Assembly (NCBI RefSeq): GCF_001194135.2
Contig: NC_068990.1
Location: forward strand, 61,505,252 to 61,569,236
Length of the DNA stretch: 63,985 nt
Source of the DNA: Octopus bimaculoides
Lineage: Eukaryota
Direction of reading: 5' to 3'
Below the pieces are notes generated by a model. It did no database searches. It was not told the origin of the DNA and saw only the letters and a list, made by a program, of their open reading frames with translations. This document shows, piece by piece, positions 1 through 12,838 of the stretch (the first letter of the stretch is position 1; every line of letters starts with the position of its first letter). The position numbers and the translations under genes were made by a program.

Positions 1-2110
1 CTAAGTACGATGTATAAATATGTATATGCTTGTCTGTATGTGATTGTACTTGTATTTGTGTTCGATACAACATTTAAAAGCAGCATTATGTCAAAAAAGT
101 CTCTTTATTAGCTACTCAATACTTATAGCATAATGGGCTAAACACCAGGCTATAATAAATGCTTGGGGCTGGGGTTTATATGGCTTACTAGAAACCTTAT
201 ACAATGGTGCCCCAGCATGGCTGCAATCCAATGACTGAAATTGCTAAATTAATGAAAGAATACTTGAATCTAGTATTTGGGCTCACTTAATCCAAAACTG
301 TCTTTCATATCTGCAATTTCATGTAACATGTCTTCATACAGGAATACCAAACATGTGTACAAACAATGAATAATGTCTAAAATTGATAGAGACATTGAAG
401 TTTTATGTACCCTGACTTATGTACACTACCCACACACACATACACACACATGCACATGAACACAAATACACACACACTTACACACATGCATGCTTGTATG
501 TATACGTTTGTTATACAAAGACAGATGCCTATTGCACATGTTGGTATGAGCATACATGTCCACAAAAGCAAAAAAAACACCCAGTATTCATTCATACAGG
601 AAAGTTTAACCCTTCAGTTGTATGATTTCTGTCTCTCTCACATGCATGCATACACACACACACACATACATACATACATACCCACACACATACATATATA
701 TATAGAAACATATACATATGCATAAACCTATGTGTGCATACATATATAAATATATATCTATGTATGTATGCATATATACACATATATATATACATATACA
801 CATATATATGCACTTACATACATTCACACACACTGTTTGCTTACTTATGTAATGAAACGCTTGCTCGTACACACATACACACATCCACTCACACGCATGA
901 AAATGTTTAGAAACATTAACAATTCATGTTTTTTTTACACAAGTCCACGTACACACACACATCCAGAAACAGACCAGCATTTATACACACACATTACTTA
1001 TACTCTCTCTCTCTTTTTCACAGACTCTTTGTCTTTCACTCAATGTTTCTTCCTCTCTCTCTCTCTCTTTCCCTTTCTGTCTATAAACAACACGACATTG
1101 ATCCAGCCTACCCACAGGGTCTCCACGTCACAGTTCTATCTCTCTCTTAATATTTCTGTGCGTTTCATAAAGCACATTGATATAATCAATATTTGAAATC
1201 CTACATAAGCAGAAAAGTCATGAACCATATATAACGTTATCAATAAATGTTAACAGTACAACTAACAGAACAATGGTTCCATGCAATCCATTGTATATCT
1301 GCAAGACAGTAGGACCAACTAACTGAGTTCTTCAGTACCAACACACCACTGTTCATTTATGTCTTTCATGCTAGACATGAATACAATTCAACTGACACTT
1401 TAGGATTCGTCGTCGTTGTTGTTGTTGTTGTTTCTGCTGTTGTTTAGATTTAGATCAGTTCTGACTTATGAAGATCAAAAGGCTTTTTCAGAATGTGGCC
1501 GACTGTCTCACTGGTTCTGTTTTTCAGAAAAATGGAAAGTCACATTGCATTATGCAATATAACCTTCCATATTTTAAAAGGCAGTTTCGTTTGATCTGAA
1601 TGAGATTTGGCTGTTATTTCTAACATGTAGTGTGTCCATGCAGAGAATCCAATCATTAATGCTTGTTTTTGATGATGTTTAGCCACAGATTAGACTTGAT
1701 TAAGTAGAATCATGATCAAAGATGTTCCATTCATGACCACCCTGACATTTTTCAGGCATACACCTTTTAATGTCTTCCACATTTAAAATGACAGTGTGAT
1801 TTGAGCAAGATTTGGCTACCGTTTCTAGTGTGGTGTGGGGAGTGACTGTATCAAGACTACTTTTTTTGTTTGGCATTTTAATAGAAAAAAAAAATGGTGG
1901 AGCAGACAATATGATACAAGAAATCCCTAAAATTAACGTTTGACATAAGCAAGCTATGAAATAAATTATGTAAGTGCTTGGATATGTGAAGTCATTTTAA
2001 CCAAAAGTGAAGTAAATAAAATAATGATGACGATGATGATGATAATAGTAATTTTAACCAAAAAATAATGATGATGATGATGGTGATAATAGTAATAATT
2101 ATAATTATTT

Positions 2111-2505
2111 AGGCATGAGGCCTGGAATTTGGGGCAGGGAGCTAATTGATTACAGCTAGTAATCAACTAGTATTTTATTTTTTCAACCCAGAAAGGATGA
2201 ACAGAAAAGTCTACTTCAGTGGAATTTGAACTTGGAGCGAAGGAGCAGGAAAAAATATTGCTAAGCATTTTGTCTGATGTGCTCAATGATTCTTCCAACA
2301 TAATAATCTTTTCTGCTGTTGGAACAAGATCTGAAAGTTTGCAGAAGGGAGCTAGTTGAATACATCAACACCAGTGCTCAGCTGGTATTTATTTCATCAA
2401 CTCTGAAAGGATGAAAAACAAAGTAGATCTTAAGGGAATTTGAACTCAGAACGTAAAGACCCTATGCACTCTGTCTGGCACCATGCTATCGATTCTGCCA
2501 GCTCT
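2111..2505 (-). mobile_element. Two adjacent diverged copies of tRNA-derived SINE family A
   Basis: Each carries the reversed family-A motifs GGAATTTGAACT(C/T) (B-box complement) and GAAAGGATGAA; same family as 40173-40403. Confidence 0.75.
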
Positions 2506-3544
2506 GAGCCAGATTACGACTCATAGAGGCCCTAAGAACTCAAAAGATTTTGGTGCCTCCATATATAATTTGAAATGTAAACAATAATAAACTATAAAAT
2601 AAATTTTTATTTTACAAAATGAAACAAAACTAACAGTAAGATGGGAAATAATGTTTATTTTTGTATATTTCCATTTTATTTCTATTTGAAAAGATTCCTC
2701 TTATCTTTTTTAATTGCAAATTCTTTGATCAGATTCTCAAAATTAATCTTATGTAAAACGTCTGCTTCTTTACTTTGTAGACATAAGGTATCCCGAATAT
2801 TATTTTAGCAAGTTTAAAGTGATTTCTTTTGTACCATAAACAATTTACCATTTCTGTTGTGCACCCACTCCTCTTGATGCCCTAAGCACATGCTTATTTT
2901 GCTTACTGGTTAATCCAGCACTACCAACTCACTACCCTTTTTGCCAGCATAACAATAATTGTTTCTAATTCAAGGCCAACAATTTTGAGGCCATGGAATA
3001 GTTGATTATATCAAACCCAGTACTAGATGGGTGTTTTATTTCATTAATTCCTTCTTTAACCAACTGTTGTATGTGGACAGTCTAAAGACTGTCTGAACAA
3101 ACACCTACTCTTTAAGTGTGTGATGCATGTGTATCGCATATAAATTAATATATAAGACAACACATTTCTATCTTAAAGTTGTATTATATTTGGATATACC
3201 CAAAATAAGCAAAAATTACATATATACATACACATAAATGTATATGTATATATACACTGATAAAAGGGGATTTAGAAATTCAAGTTGTATTTTCAGTCAG
3301 TAATCCTGCGAATACCTACGAACAGAATGCATAGAAGGGGTCATTTTTCCTTTAGGAAACCCCTCCATACAACCTGAAATTCCAACGATAATTCATTAGT
3401 CACAGAATATAATACAGTATGTCTCAAGAATGGAGGCTAGGGTCTTATATTCATTCCTTCATTTCGGTCCTTTCAACATTACATGGTTGAGATACATCAT
3501 GAATATAAATATAAATAATTAGATGGCAATATTAGCATAATCAT

Positions 3545-3715
3545 AAGGCGGTGAGCAGGCAGATTCGTTAGCACACTGGGCAAAATGCTTAGCTGTATTT
3601 CGTCTGTCTTTACATTCTGAGTCAATAAAATTAATACCAGTTGAGTACTGGAGTTGATGTAATGGACTTATCCCCTCCCTCGAAATTGCTGGCTTTGTGC
3701 CAAAATTTGAAATCG
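3545..3715 (+). mobile_element. SINE family A, internally deleted copy
   Basis: Head AGGCGGTGAGCAGGCAGATTCGTTAGCAC..., tail GAAATTGCTGGCTTTGTGCCAAAATTTGAAA. Confidence 0.75.
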
Positions 3716-3908
3716 ATATCTGTATTCTATAATAGGGGAGAAGCGAGATATTTGAAGTACTGTCCATTTGGCACCATGTTCTTGTATCCAAATCTCTAAC
3801 TACATAGGTTCTTTTTTGTTGGATGCTTGCTTGATCATGTAAAACGTTTTTTGTTTTACTTGCGTTGAGAATTAGGACAGTGCCACTACCACCACCACCA
3901 CCACCACC

Positions 3909-3947
<39 letters not shown>

Positions 3948-4271
3948 TTAACATCCCCTTTTTTATGCTTGCATGGTTCAAACAGAATTTGTTAAGGCAG
4001 ATTTTCTAGTCGGATGCCCGGCCTGTCAACAACCCTCCCCTATTTTCAAGCAAGGTAATATTTACTCATGGCCAGGGAAGCTATTCATGAAAAACTGGAA
4101 ATAAACATTGCTTGTATGATGGTGATGTCAAGACTAAGATACAAAGACAAACACACACACACGTACATACATATAAATATATACCTGACAGGTCACTTTT
4201 AGCTTCCATCTACCAAATTGACTTTCAAGATTTAGGTCAGACCGAAGTGCTCAAGGTTTTGGTTGGTCCCA

Positions 4272-4402
4272 CAGCATGGTACCTTGGACACATATCCAAG
4301 GTACCATGCTGTTGGATCAAACTTTGGACACATGTCCAAAATACCATGCTGTGGGATTGAACCTTGGACACAAGTCCAAGGTACCATGCTGTGGGATTGA
4401 AC
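4272..4402. repeat. 17-bp perfect hairpin followed by three 40-bp tandem units in a SINE-B head
   Basis: CAGCATGGTACCTTGGA (4272-4288), 6-nt loop, TCCAAGGTACCATGCTG (4295-4311); similar units start at 4281, 4321 and 4361. Confidence 0.85.
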
Positions 4403-4491
4403 TATATGGTTAGGAAGCAAGCTTCTCAATCACAGAGATGCTTCTGTGCTGTGCTTCGCAGCTCTCATGTGCAGAAAGTGGCAGTTATTAC

Positions 4492-4579
4492 CTGTAGTTC
4501 TTCCGTTGAAGTTACCCTAACTGTTGCTTCTTTTGCTCGTCCAAGTTCATTTACTGATCTAGATTTGATCTCAGTATAA
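4492..4579 (-). CDS. Candidate internal coding exon of an unidentified host gene (88 nt; YTEIKSRSVNELGRAKEATVRVTSTEELQ)
   Basis: Minus strand: acceptor TCTTTCTTTCAG, donor CAG|GTAATA; one open frame, stops in the other two; non-repetitive sequence. Protein not recognised. Confidence 0.5.
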
Positions 4580-4854
4580 CTGAAAGAAAGATGTTAAAGA
4601 GTGTAGATGAAAATATAATCATTGATTTATTCCAGTCTTCCCTTTGAAGTGGATGACTAACGCAGCATTTTAGCTTCTATATTGTGGTGTATATGTATAT
4701 GTATAGATATGTCTTGGATTACATTTATTCATTTACATGTGTCCACTTCTGTATTGTTTGTTTATCCATTTATTGTTTGTCTGTTCTCATTTTGTTTTGG
4801 TCCCACTTCCTGGCAGCTTTTTGCCAGTTGTTATCAGAAGGGAAACAAAATATC

Positions 4855-5066
4855 TTTTCTTCTCAAGGCACAAGGCCCAAAATTTTTAGGGAGGGGCCAA
4901 TCAATTAGATCGACCCCAGTACACAACTGCTACTTAATATATCAAACCCGAAAGGATGTAAGGCAAGGTAGACCTCAGCGGAATTTGAACTCAGAACATA
5001 AAGTCAGACGAAATACCGCTAAGCATTTCGCCTGGTGTGCTAACATTTCTGCCAGCTCGCTGCCTT
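4855..5066 (-). mobile_element. SINE family A copy
   Basis: GCGGAATTTGAACTCAGAAC...GAAATACCGCTAAGCATTTCGCC...CTGCCAGCTCGCTGCCTT is the reverse complement of the family-A head. Confidence 0.85.
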
Positions 5067-5250
5067 CAAAGGGAAACAATATTATCATTAAAGGTGTGAA
5101 ATCACGTTTGATTCCCTGGTCAATATCTGATGTGGAGTTGGTGACCTTCTGTGTCTGTTCTGTGTTCATCTGTGCATTTACTATTTGTTTTTCAACTTGT
5201 CATTCTGAGTTTGTTTTTCATTCAGTTGTGTATTTATTATATGTTTTTAA

Positions 5251-5290
<40 letters not shown>

Positions 5291-6159
5291 TTTGTCTCCC
5301 AACACTGATTGACAACCATTACTTGGTGGTTCAGCAAAAGAGAGTGATAGAGTAAGTACCAGGCTTAAGAAATAAAGTAAATGCAGGGGTTAATTCATTT
5401 GACTAAAGATTCTTCAAGGCAGTACCCCAGCATGACTGCAGTCTAATGACCGAAACCGGCAAAAGATGGAAGGCAAATGACACATTAGTAGGCATTGCTT
5501 GTACAGCATATGCTTGCAGAAATAGCCTAGACAACACTGTGTCTATGGGTTAGTTTCCAGAAAGTGCAATGCCATCAAAAATTGCCTTTCTTCAACTCTG
5601 AGATAGTGAATATACATATTCATGCGTGTGTGTGTGCGTGTGTGTGTGTGTGTGTGTGCACGTGTGTGTGTGTGTGTGGCTATATTCATTTATGTCTGTG
5701 TCCGTGCTGCAAAGGTAAGCTTCTTTGGCATGATGAAGGCAACTTGTCTGCGAGGAAGGAAACGCCAGGAGAAGGTGGGAGGTAAAAGAGGAATGACAAA
5801 GAAAACGAAACGAAACAAATATAAAAAAATAAACAGCCAAAAACAAAACAAAACCTATAAAGCAACAACAACATATACATCATATATCCATACATACATG
5901 TATGGAGATATATATATATATATATATATAATATACTATATAATATACATACATATATATATATGTGTGTGTATATATATATATATAACATATATATATA
6001 TATATATATATNNNNNNNNNNTAGAAAGAAAAATAAAAATAAACAAATTGTTTGATGTTGTGGAGAGGGAAATTGAGAAAAACAGAAATCAATGGAATAA
6101 TACCGAGCTTAATTAACATTGATTATTCCCATGTTATTGTTCATGCTGTCGTTGTAGTG

Positions 6160-6660
6160 ATGGCGATAACTTCAAGAACAGCAGCAGTAGCAGCAGCAGC
6201 AGCAACAACATCAACAGCAGTAGCAGTGGATATGGTGGTTATAGTGGTGGTGGCCTGGTAGTGGTGGTGGCAATGGTGGTGGTAGTGGTAGTTGTGGTGG
6301 TAGTGGTTGTGGTTGTTGTGATAACTTCAAGACCAGCATCAGCAGCATCAGCAGCAGCAGGAGCAGCAGCAGCAGGAATAGCAGGAACAGAGGTGGTGCT
6401 AGTGATTGTAACGGTGGCAGCGGTGGGGTGTTGGTGGTGCATGTGGTGGTGGTGGTGGTGGTGATGGAATTTTCAACAGCATCTAAACAGCAGCTGCAGT
6501 AATATGTATCGTCTTCAGCACCACCAACAACAATAACAACACCAACACCACCATCACTGTCACTACCCCCACAATCATCCCCACAATCATCATCATCATC
6601 ATCACCAACAATAGCAGAAACACCAGTAACAATAGCACCAGCAATAAATGCTTAACAAAA
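6160..6660. repeat. Compound trinucleotide microsatellite (GCA/GGT/CAC/CAT)
   Basis: Direct reading of alternating triplet tracts. Confidence 0.9.
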
Positions 6661-7087
6661 TCTCATTAATTAATTGGATTGGTCATTAACCAATTGGCTC
6701 TTTAGGGCACGTTCATATAATGAGATGTTCCCGAGTCTTTTACTATACAGTCAGTACCAGATCAGTTTAGAACTGAGACGGCTAGTGTTTAAAACTGTGT
6801 TCTTTATTCTCCTCTCATATTTTAAGACCCCCATTAAGGACATAGCCCGCGGTCAGTGAGAAATGGTGGTGGTGATGATGACGATGGTGGTGGTGGTGGA
6901 GGTGGTTATTATTTCAATATATGTGAATTATAAATTCGTGACAAGATATAACAAGTGTAGCAAGCTACTCTAAGTAGTCATTATCTTTTAATTTTTATTC
7001 TTTTACTTGTTTTTGTCATTGGGCTGCGACCATGCTGGGGCATTACCTTGGAGGACTTAGTCAAATAAATTGACTCTTGTACATATA

Positions 7088-7301
7088 CATGGGGTGGCCC
7101 AAAAGTAGGTTTACAATTATTCAACTATCCCTTTCATATTCATATATTAACAGTTTAGATCTTAATTATAAAAATGTATGTAACCTTTATTCTAAGCTAA
7201 TTTAGTTAATTGTAAAATAGAAATTTAAATGAAATAAGATTTTTTAAAAGAAATTTAAAGTGCCTACGTGATAACTGTAAACCTACTTTTGGGCCACCCT
7301 G
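7088..7301. mobile_element. Tc1/mariner-type MITE
   Basis: About 28-bp TIRs: CATGGGGTGGCCCAAAAGTAGGTTTACA and TGTAAACCTACTTTTGGGCCACCCTG; TA on the left flank. Confidence 0.75.
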
Positions 7302-7856
7302 GATGTGTGTATGTTTATTTACTTATGCATTTATTTTAAAGTCAACTGCATATTATAAGGACTTCTATTGCTGAACTGCTAAGTAATAGAAACGTGCACA
7401 AACCAACATCGTTTGACAAGTGGTAGTGAGGAACAAAGCAAGCACAAACTAATATGCACAAAATAATATGTATATATGGATACAGGATGTCACCAACAGT
7501 AAACAACAGGAAATACGAAAACAAATAAGTTCAATATGCAAACAACAAGAAAGACAAATGGAAAACAGAACAAGTAACACAAAGAATGACCCTTCATCAG
7601 TTGTCGGTTGTCTATCTACTCCTCCTTTGAAGGCAGTTGCTCCCATAAGTACCAAAATAACATTTGGGATTTATGGAGGGTCAAAGTTGGAAACAAAAAC
7701 TAGACAGTGGAGCCATACCAGGAAACCAAATGAAAGCAAACGTTGAAGGTCATTAGACCAGAATGAGGGTAAAAAAGCAAATGCTGGAGAAACATTTTCT
7801 TTGACAAGAGAAAAGATAAAGGAGAGAGATAGGGTACGTCCATATATATATATATC

Positions 7857-7962
7857 AGACTGGAGCCTGGTGTTGCCATCCGGTTTCACCAGTCCTCAGT
7901 CAAATCGTCCAACCCATGCTAGCATGGAAAGCGGACGTTAAACGATGATGATGATGATGATG
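7857..7962 (+). mobile_element. 3' tail of an RTE-like LINE or derived short retroposon, ending in (GAT)n
   Basis: TCCAACCCATGCTAGCATGGAAAGCGGACGTTAAAC followed by (GAT)n; a related reversed tail lies at about 3945-4000. Confidence 0.55.
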
Positions 7963-7974
7963 AAAAACAAATAG

Positions 7975-8160
7975 TAAATGAGTATATGCATATATACGTA
8001 CAGGTATGTGCATACCGACATCCACCTGTATGTATAGGTGCATATCTGGGTACAGGACATTGCAAACAAAACGTAGACAAGATAACACACAAGCCACATA
8101 GAGAACATTCTACTTCATCAGCTACCCCCATTTTAACACCGGCATTTCGAAGATATATAT
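7975..8160 (-). repeat. Interspersed repeat fragment, possibly a Penelope pLTR (related copies about 25880-26090 and 39990-40140)
   Basis: Shared CCACATAGAGAACAT...CTTCATCAGCT and CCCAGATATGCA motifs among the copies. The family assignment is inference. Confidence 0.5.
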
Positions 8161-8555
8161 ANNNNNNNNNNNNNNNNNNNNNNNNNNNNNNNNNNNNNNN
8201 NNNNNNNNNNNNNNNNNNNNNNNNNNNNNNNNNNNNNNNNNNNNNNNNNNNNNNNNNNNNNNNNNNNNNNNNNNNNNNNNNNNNNNNNNNNNNNNNNNNN
8301 NNNNNNNNNNNNNNNNNNNNNNNNNNNNNNNNNNNNNNNNNNNNNNNNNNNNNNNNNNNNNNNNNNNNNNNNNNNNNNNNNNNNNNNNNNNNNNNNNNNN
8401 NNNNNNNNNNNNNNNNNNNNNNNNNNNNNNNNNNNNNNNNNNNNNNNNNNNNNNNNNNNNNNNNNNNNNNNNNNNNNNNNNNNNNNNNNNNNNNNNNNNN
8501 NNNNNNNNNNNNNNNNNNNNNNNNNNNNNNNNNNTTTCAAAATAAGGTGATTAAA

Positions 8556-8799
8556 ATCAAAATAAGCAACAAGGATATCCAGAGGTAATGCAATACGATC
8601 GTTTCAAGCAACTCCATTTAATTGAACAATATATACTAATGTGTCCATCTGTTTTAATTTAATTAAATTCTATGTCTTTATGCAACTGAGGATTGCTCTG
8701 CATTTAAATTGATGTAATGATTGCATTGTTCAATTAAATGGAGTTGCTTGAAACAATCGTACTGCATTACCTCTGGATATCCTTGTTGCTTATTTTGAT
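8556..8799. mobile_element. Foldback MITE with about 75-bp TIRs
   Basis: ATCAAAATAAGCAACAAGGATATCCAGAGGTAATGCA...AATTGAACAAT is mirrored nearly perfectly at about 8725-8799. Confidence 0.85.
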
Positions 8800-8934
8800 A
8801 AGGTACCGTGCAGTGGGACTGAACATGAAACCACATTTGAAAGCGATCTTTTTAATCTTACACCCAAGCTGGAAAGAAACCAGTGCAGCAAAAATATAAA
8901 CTCTTTAAGATTCATAACCTTATCTTCTCATATT

Positions 8935-9277
8935 TCTTAGCTGAAATGTCCACAACTTGGCCGTATCTCTTTGGTTGTTGGGCAGATTTGATAAAATGAC
9001 AGATAAAATACCTTGTAGTATTTAGGAATGACATTTAATTTTTCTGAGGTCAAAGGTGGCGATCTGGTAGAATATGACCAACTTTTCATAACATTGTCTA
9101 TCAACTGTCCAGATTTTGAAACCATATAGGAGTGTGGAGACAAGTAATGTCTAACAGATCATAAATTTGGTTGTCGATCTCATCAAGGGATTTTCAAATA
9201 ATAGTCTTTCTTCATGAGACCAAAGTTTGCATTGGCACATTTTATTTAGTGTTGGATTTTCTCATCAATGTCTATAG
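8935..9277 (-). pseudogene. Decayed RTE-clade LINE reverse-transcriptase C-terminal fragment
   Basis: Minus translation IDIDEKIQH*IKCANANFG...LLVSTLLYGFKIWTV matches the RTE motif pattern D.E...RI..A..AFG...LLYG.E.W. Confidence 0.7.
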
Positions 9278-9279
9278 GG

Positions 9280-9820
9280 AAGCAAGCTGGCAGAATTGTT
9301 AGTACGCTGGGCAAAACGTTTAGTAACATTTTGTCTGTCTTTACGTTCTGAATTCAAATTCCACCTTTCATCCTTTTGGGGTCGATAAAATATGTATCGA
9401 TTGAACATTGGGGGAGGTGGCGGAGGGGGGGGGGGTTATATAATCGACTTCAACCATGTCCCAGAAATTGCTGGCCTTGTGCCAAAATTTGAAACCAACA
9501 TTTTAAAGATCAAATAAGGCAGTGGGCTGGCCAAATAGTTAGCATGCCGGGCAAAATGTTTAGCAACATTTCATATGTCTTCACATTCTGAGTTCAAATT
9601 TCACTGAGGTCGAATCTGCCTTTCATTCTCTCAGGATCGATAAAGCATGTTCTGGTTGAAGACTAAGGTTGATGTAATCGACTTAACCCCTCCCCTGAAA
9701 TTGCTGGCCTTGTGTCAAAATTTAAGACCAATATTTCTGAAGACAAATCCCACCTTTGCCTTTCATAATTTCTAGGGGGTTGATAAGATAAAACACCAGT
9801 CAAATACTAAAAATATTTTC
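9280..9820 (+). mobile_element. Head-to-tail cluster of SINE family A copies (two near-complete, one partial)
   Basis: Heads at about 9281 and 9518; tails GAAATTGCTGGCCTTGTG(C/T)CAAAATTT. Confidence 0.8.
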
Positions 9821-9825
9821 ATAGA

Positions 9826-10396
9826 TTAAACACATCATCCTGAGCCAGCCATTGAAGGTAAAAATGTTACTATCCTCTGGGATTTTCCAGTAAACACTGA
9901 TAGAATAATCCAGGCTAATCAACCAGATGTAATTATTGAAGACAGAAAAGAGAATACTTGTAGATTAATAGATGTAAGTGTTCCCACTGATAAAAATATA
10001 TCTGTCAAGGAATTTGATAAATGAAGTAAATATAAGGACTTGGAAATTGAAGTACAAAAGATGTGGCATCTTAAAATGAAAATTGTTCCTCTTATTGTAG
10101 GTGCCTTAGGTATGATAAAAAAGGGTTATCAGAAACATCTAGATAAGATCCCTGGAGAACCATGCCTTAGAGAAATCCAAAAGATTGTGCTGACAAGTAC
10201 TGTCCATATCCTTAGAAAATGTTATCCATTTAAATCTCTGTGTTGTATTACATGAAAATATTTCACTACTTCCCTTCTCCAAGCTTTCAGTCATTCTGTA
10301 ACATCTCTTATCCTTCACTCGCCCCAGGACGTCGGATGTGTCCTGGCAAGTGACTGTAGCAAATATGCAGATTAAATGTAAATAATAATAATGATG

Positions 10397-10430
<34 letters not shown>
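9826..10430 (+). mobile_element. 3' end of an R4/Dong-like non-LTR retrotransposon (restriction-like endonuclease, 3' UTR, (AAT)n)
   Basis: HHPEPAIEGKNVTILWDF...NQPDVII...IDVSVP...K*SKYKDLEIEVQKMW...IVGALG is the RLE PD..D..K signature; ends in an AAT tract at 10381-10430. Confidence 0.85.
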
Positions 10431-11235
10431 TTTCAAATTTTGACACGAGGTCAGAAAATTCAGGGGAGTGGTAAGTCAATTATATCGACCTCAGCATTCA
10501 ACTGGTACTTATTTTATCGACCCTGAAAGAATTTCAGTTCCAAAAGTGAACGATGCCAAAATATTCTCTCTCAGTCAGGAGATTAGAGTGTCTGATCTCC
10601 GAGATCGATGATGCCGAAGTCCTCCTCCTAATATTATTTGCCTATCCACTTCTGAGTATGGGAACAACATGTAGCATGAAGGGTACTGGCAGACCGTTGT
10701 AGGGGAGAAAAAGAGAAAAAGGAAACAAAAATTTTAAATAACAAAAATCAACAACAAAAAAGCCAACTCTTTCAGAAAGATTCTAGAAAAAGTGGGGAAA
10801 GGCCTAATCTCTGAGACTTGTGCAGTTTCACAGTTACCAAAAGAAATAACAAGGGACTGTTTGAGTTATTCTTTAAGTTGGAGGTCCATTTGATCTGCCA
10901 GTATGTGGATGTAACAAGAGATAATGCAGTTTAATTAGTTTAATTTCTCCAATGTCTTGGCAGCGTTATTGGTCAAGTCACTAGAGAGATATACAAATGA
11001 ATGAAATATTTCTATCCAGAATATGCAGTTCCTTTTGAAAATTAATTATCTCAAGATATACTTACTGGAGATTTCAGCAAACCCCGAAGAAGAATATAAT
11101 AAGTAGTTGGTGAGAAATGCTGTGGAATGTTTTGATCCAACCAAACCAGTAGATACTCACACTTGTGTGAGCAGTTGACATTAATTTCTTTTGCTCTTTT
11201 ATTTTATCACCATTATACCTGGTTTTATATCTGTT

Positions 11236-11607
11236 ATCTTTTACTTGTTTTCAGTCATTAGACTGCGACCATGCTGGGGCACCACCTCGAAGAATTTTAG
11301 TCAAGCAAATCGACCCCGGTATTTATTTTTTTTATAATCCTGGTACTTATTCTCTCAGTCTCTTTTGCTGAACCTGCTAAGTTACGAGGTCATAAGCAGA
11401 CCAACACCGGTTGTCAAGTGGTGTTGGGTGACAAACACAAACACAAGGACACACACACACACTCATATATATGATGAGTTTCTTTCAGTTTCCATCTTAC
11501 CAAATCTACTCACAAAGCTTTGGTCAGCCCAAGGCTTTAGAAGACACTTGCCCAAGGTGCCACACAATGAGACTGAACCCAGAACCATGTGGTTGGAAAG
11601 TAAGCTT
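11236..11607 (-). mobile_element. SINE family B, near full length
   Basis: Reversed tail TCTTTTACTTGTTTTCAGTCATTAGACTGCG; reversed head ACTGAACCCAGAACCATGTGGTTGG; central CA microsatellite. Confidence 0.85.
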
Positions 11608-12559
11608 TAAAGTTTTATCAAATCTTTTGTCTCTTATATAAGAGCTTTACCCCCTCCCCCGTCTTTATGTGATTTGGTCCAGACCCACACATATTTTAGC
11701 CTTCGCTGTTTTCAAAATTTACTGCTTTGCATGTGCGAGCCCTTTGTGTCCAGACAAAATACAAGAATTTCATTACTTGTATTGCCTGGTACATTTCACA
11801 CTAGAGCGCACATTCTTTTGCTTTGGCAAGACGTGCCACGTACCGTGCGTGAGATTTCAGAAAATTCCATCGGATTACATGCTAAGCAGAATAGTGTTTT
11901 TTGCGTGAACTTTATTTCTGAGCTGGGCTTTTATTCTTTTATTCTTCACATTCTTTTGTTTCTGTTTGGAAGAAAAAAGTTTAGTTTGTTAAACAATTTT
12001 TTTTCTGCTGTTAGACATTTCAAAACTTGGTAACTAAGACATACACACCCACAAAAAAAGGAACAGAAGTCATGTAAATAGAAAAACGCGGAGATTTGTA
12101 CTTTAAGTAAGATACAAAGAAACCAATTATCACCAGCATATACGTTTCACAACCATATGAACTAAAATTCTAACAGAAAATAACAAACGAAAAAAATCCT
12201 TTTTAGCTGCTGTCATCAGCAACACAAAAATGTTTGAATACAACTGAAATGGTGAAGAAGAGGATAATGCTGCTCAAATATGTGACCGAATCAAATGTTT
12301 CTTTACTCATGACCCTTTATTTACGAACTAGGTCTTCAATTGCTCTCAAAAGAACTTTTAAAGGAGGTTTTAACCACCAATCTACAGAGGGATGTAGCTT
12401 TCTTCGATTGTGGTAGAATAAAGTCCGACACTGAGATGAGGCTATAGGCATGTATAGTGTCTTACACACCTGAATATATTTTTGTACTGCAGTATATGGG
12501 CCAGTGCAATTCATGAGTGATAGTGAAGAGGATTGGCTAGGGAATTTAGTCTGGTTTCG

Positions 12560-12799
12560 TTATTACATTTGTAGAGTCAGTGTGAAAGTAATGAGAAACA
12601 ATATATGATCGGAAGGGTTCAGCATGGATTTGCAAGTCTTTATGATCTCGTTCAAAACCATTTTGATTACAGCTCAAGACAAAGGCCCAGCTGCTATATA
12701 TGTGGCAGTAAGAGCCATTTGACTTTTTTCTGTCTTGAGGAGCTGGAATTACAGAGGAGGAGATATAAAAGGGAAAAGCGGTGGCGAAACAAACAATAA
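12560..12799 (+). pseudogene. Decayed Gag/ORF1-like fragment with CCHC zinc knuckle
   Basis: CYICGSKSHLTFFC at 12692-12733 fits C-x2-C-x4-H-x4-C exactly; upstream frames are broken. Confidence 0.5.
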
Positions 12800-12838
12800 T
12801 ATCAAGGATCGGAGGCTACTGTTACAAAGAATCACCAG

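Noticed and set aside
377-1196. Overlapping ORFs rich in H/T/Y/I/C/V/M
   Set aside because: Translations of (CA)/(TA)/(TACA) microsatellites; the same applies to such ORFs at 26.2-28.7, 44.2-44.8, 52.7-53.4 and 59.9-62.0 kb.
7595-8150. Hammerheads at other CTGATGA sites (about 7605, 8115, 26048 on minus; 28209, 62133 on plus)
   Set aside because: No downstream stem II-GAAA-stem III-NUH arrangement could be built.
7986-8588. Long ORFs containing X runs (also about 25.5, 30.1, 34, 36.6, 38.6, 50.1, 53 and 61.5 kb)
   Set aside because: They are open only because they cross N gaps.
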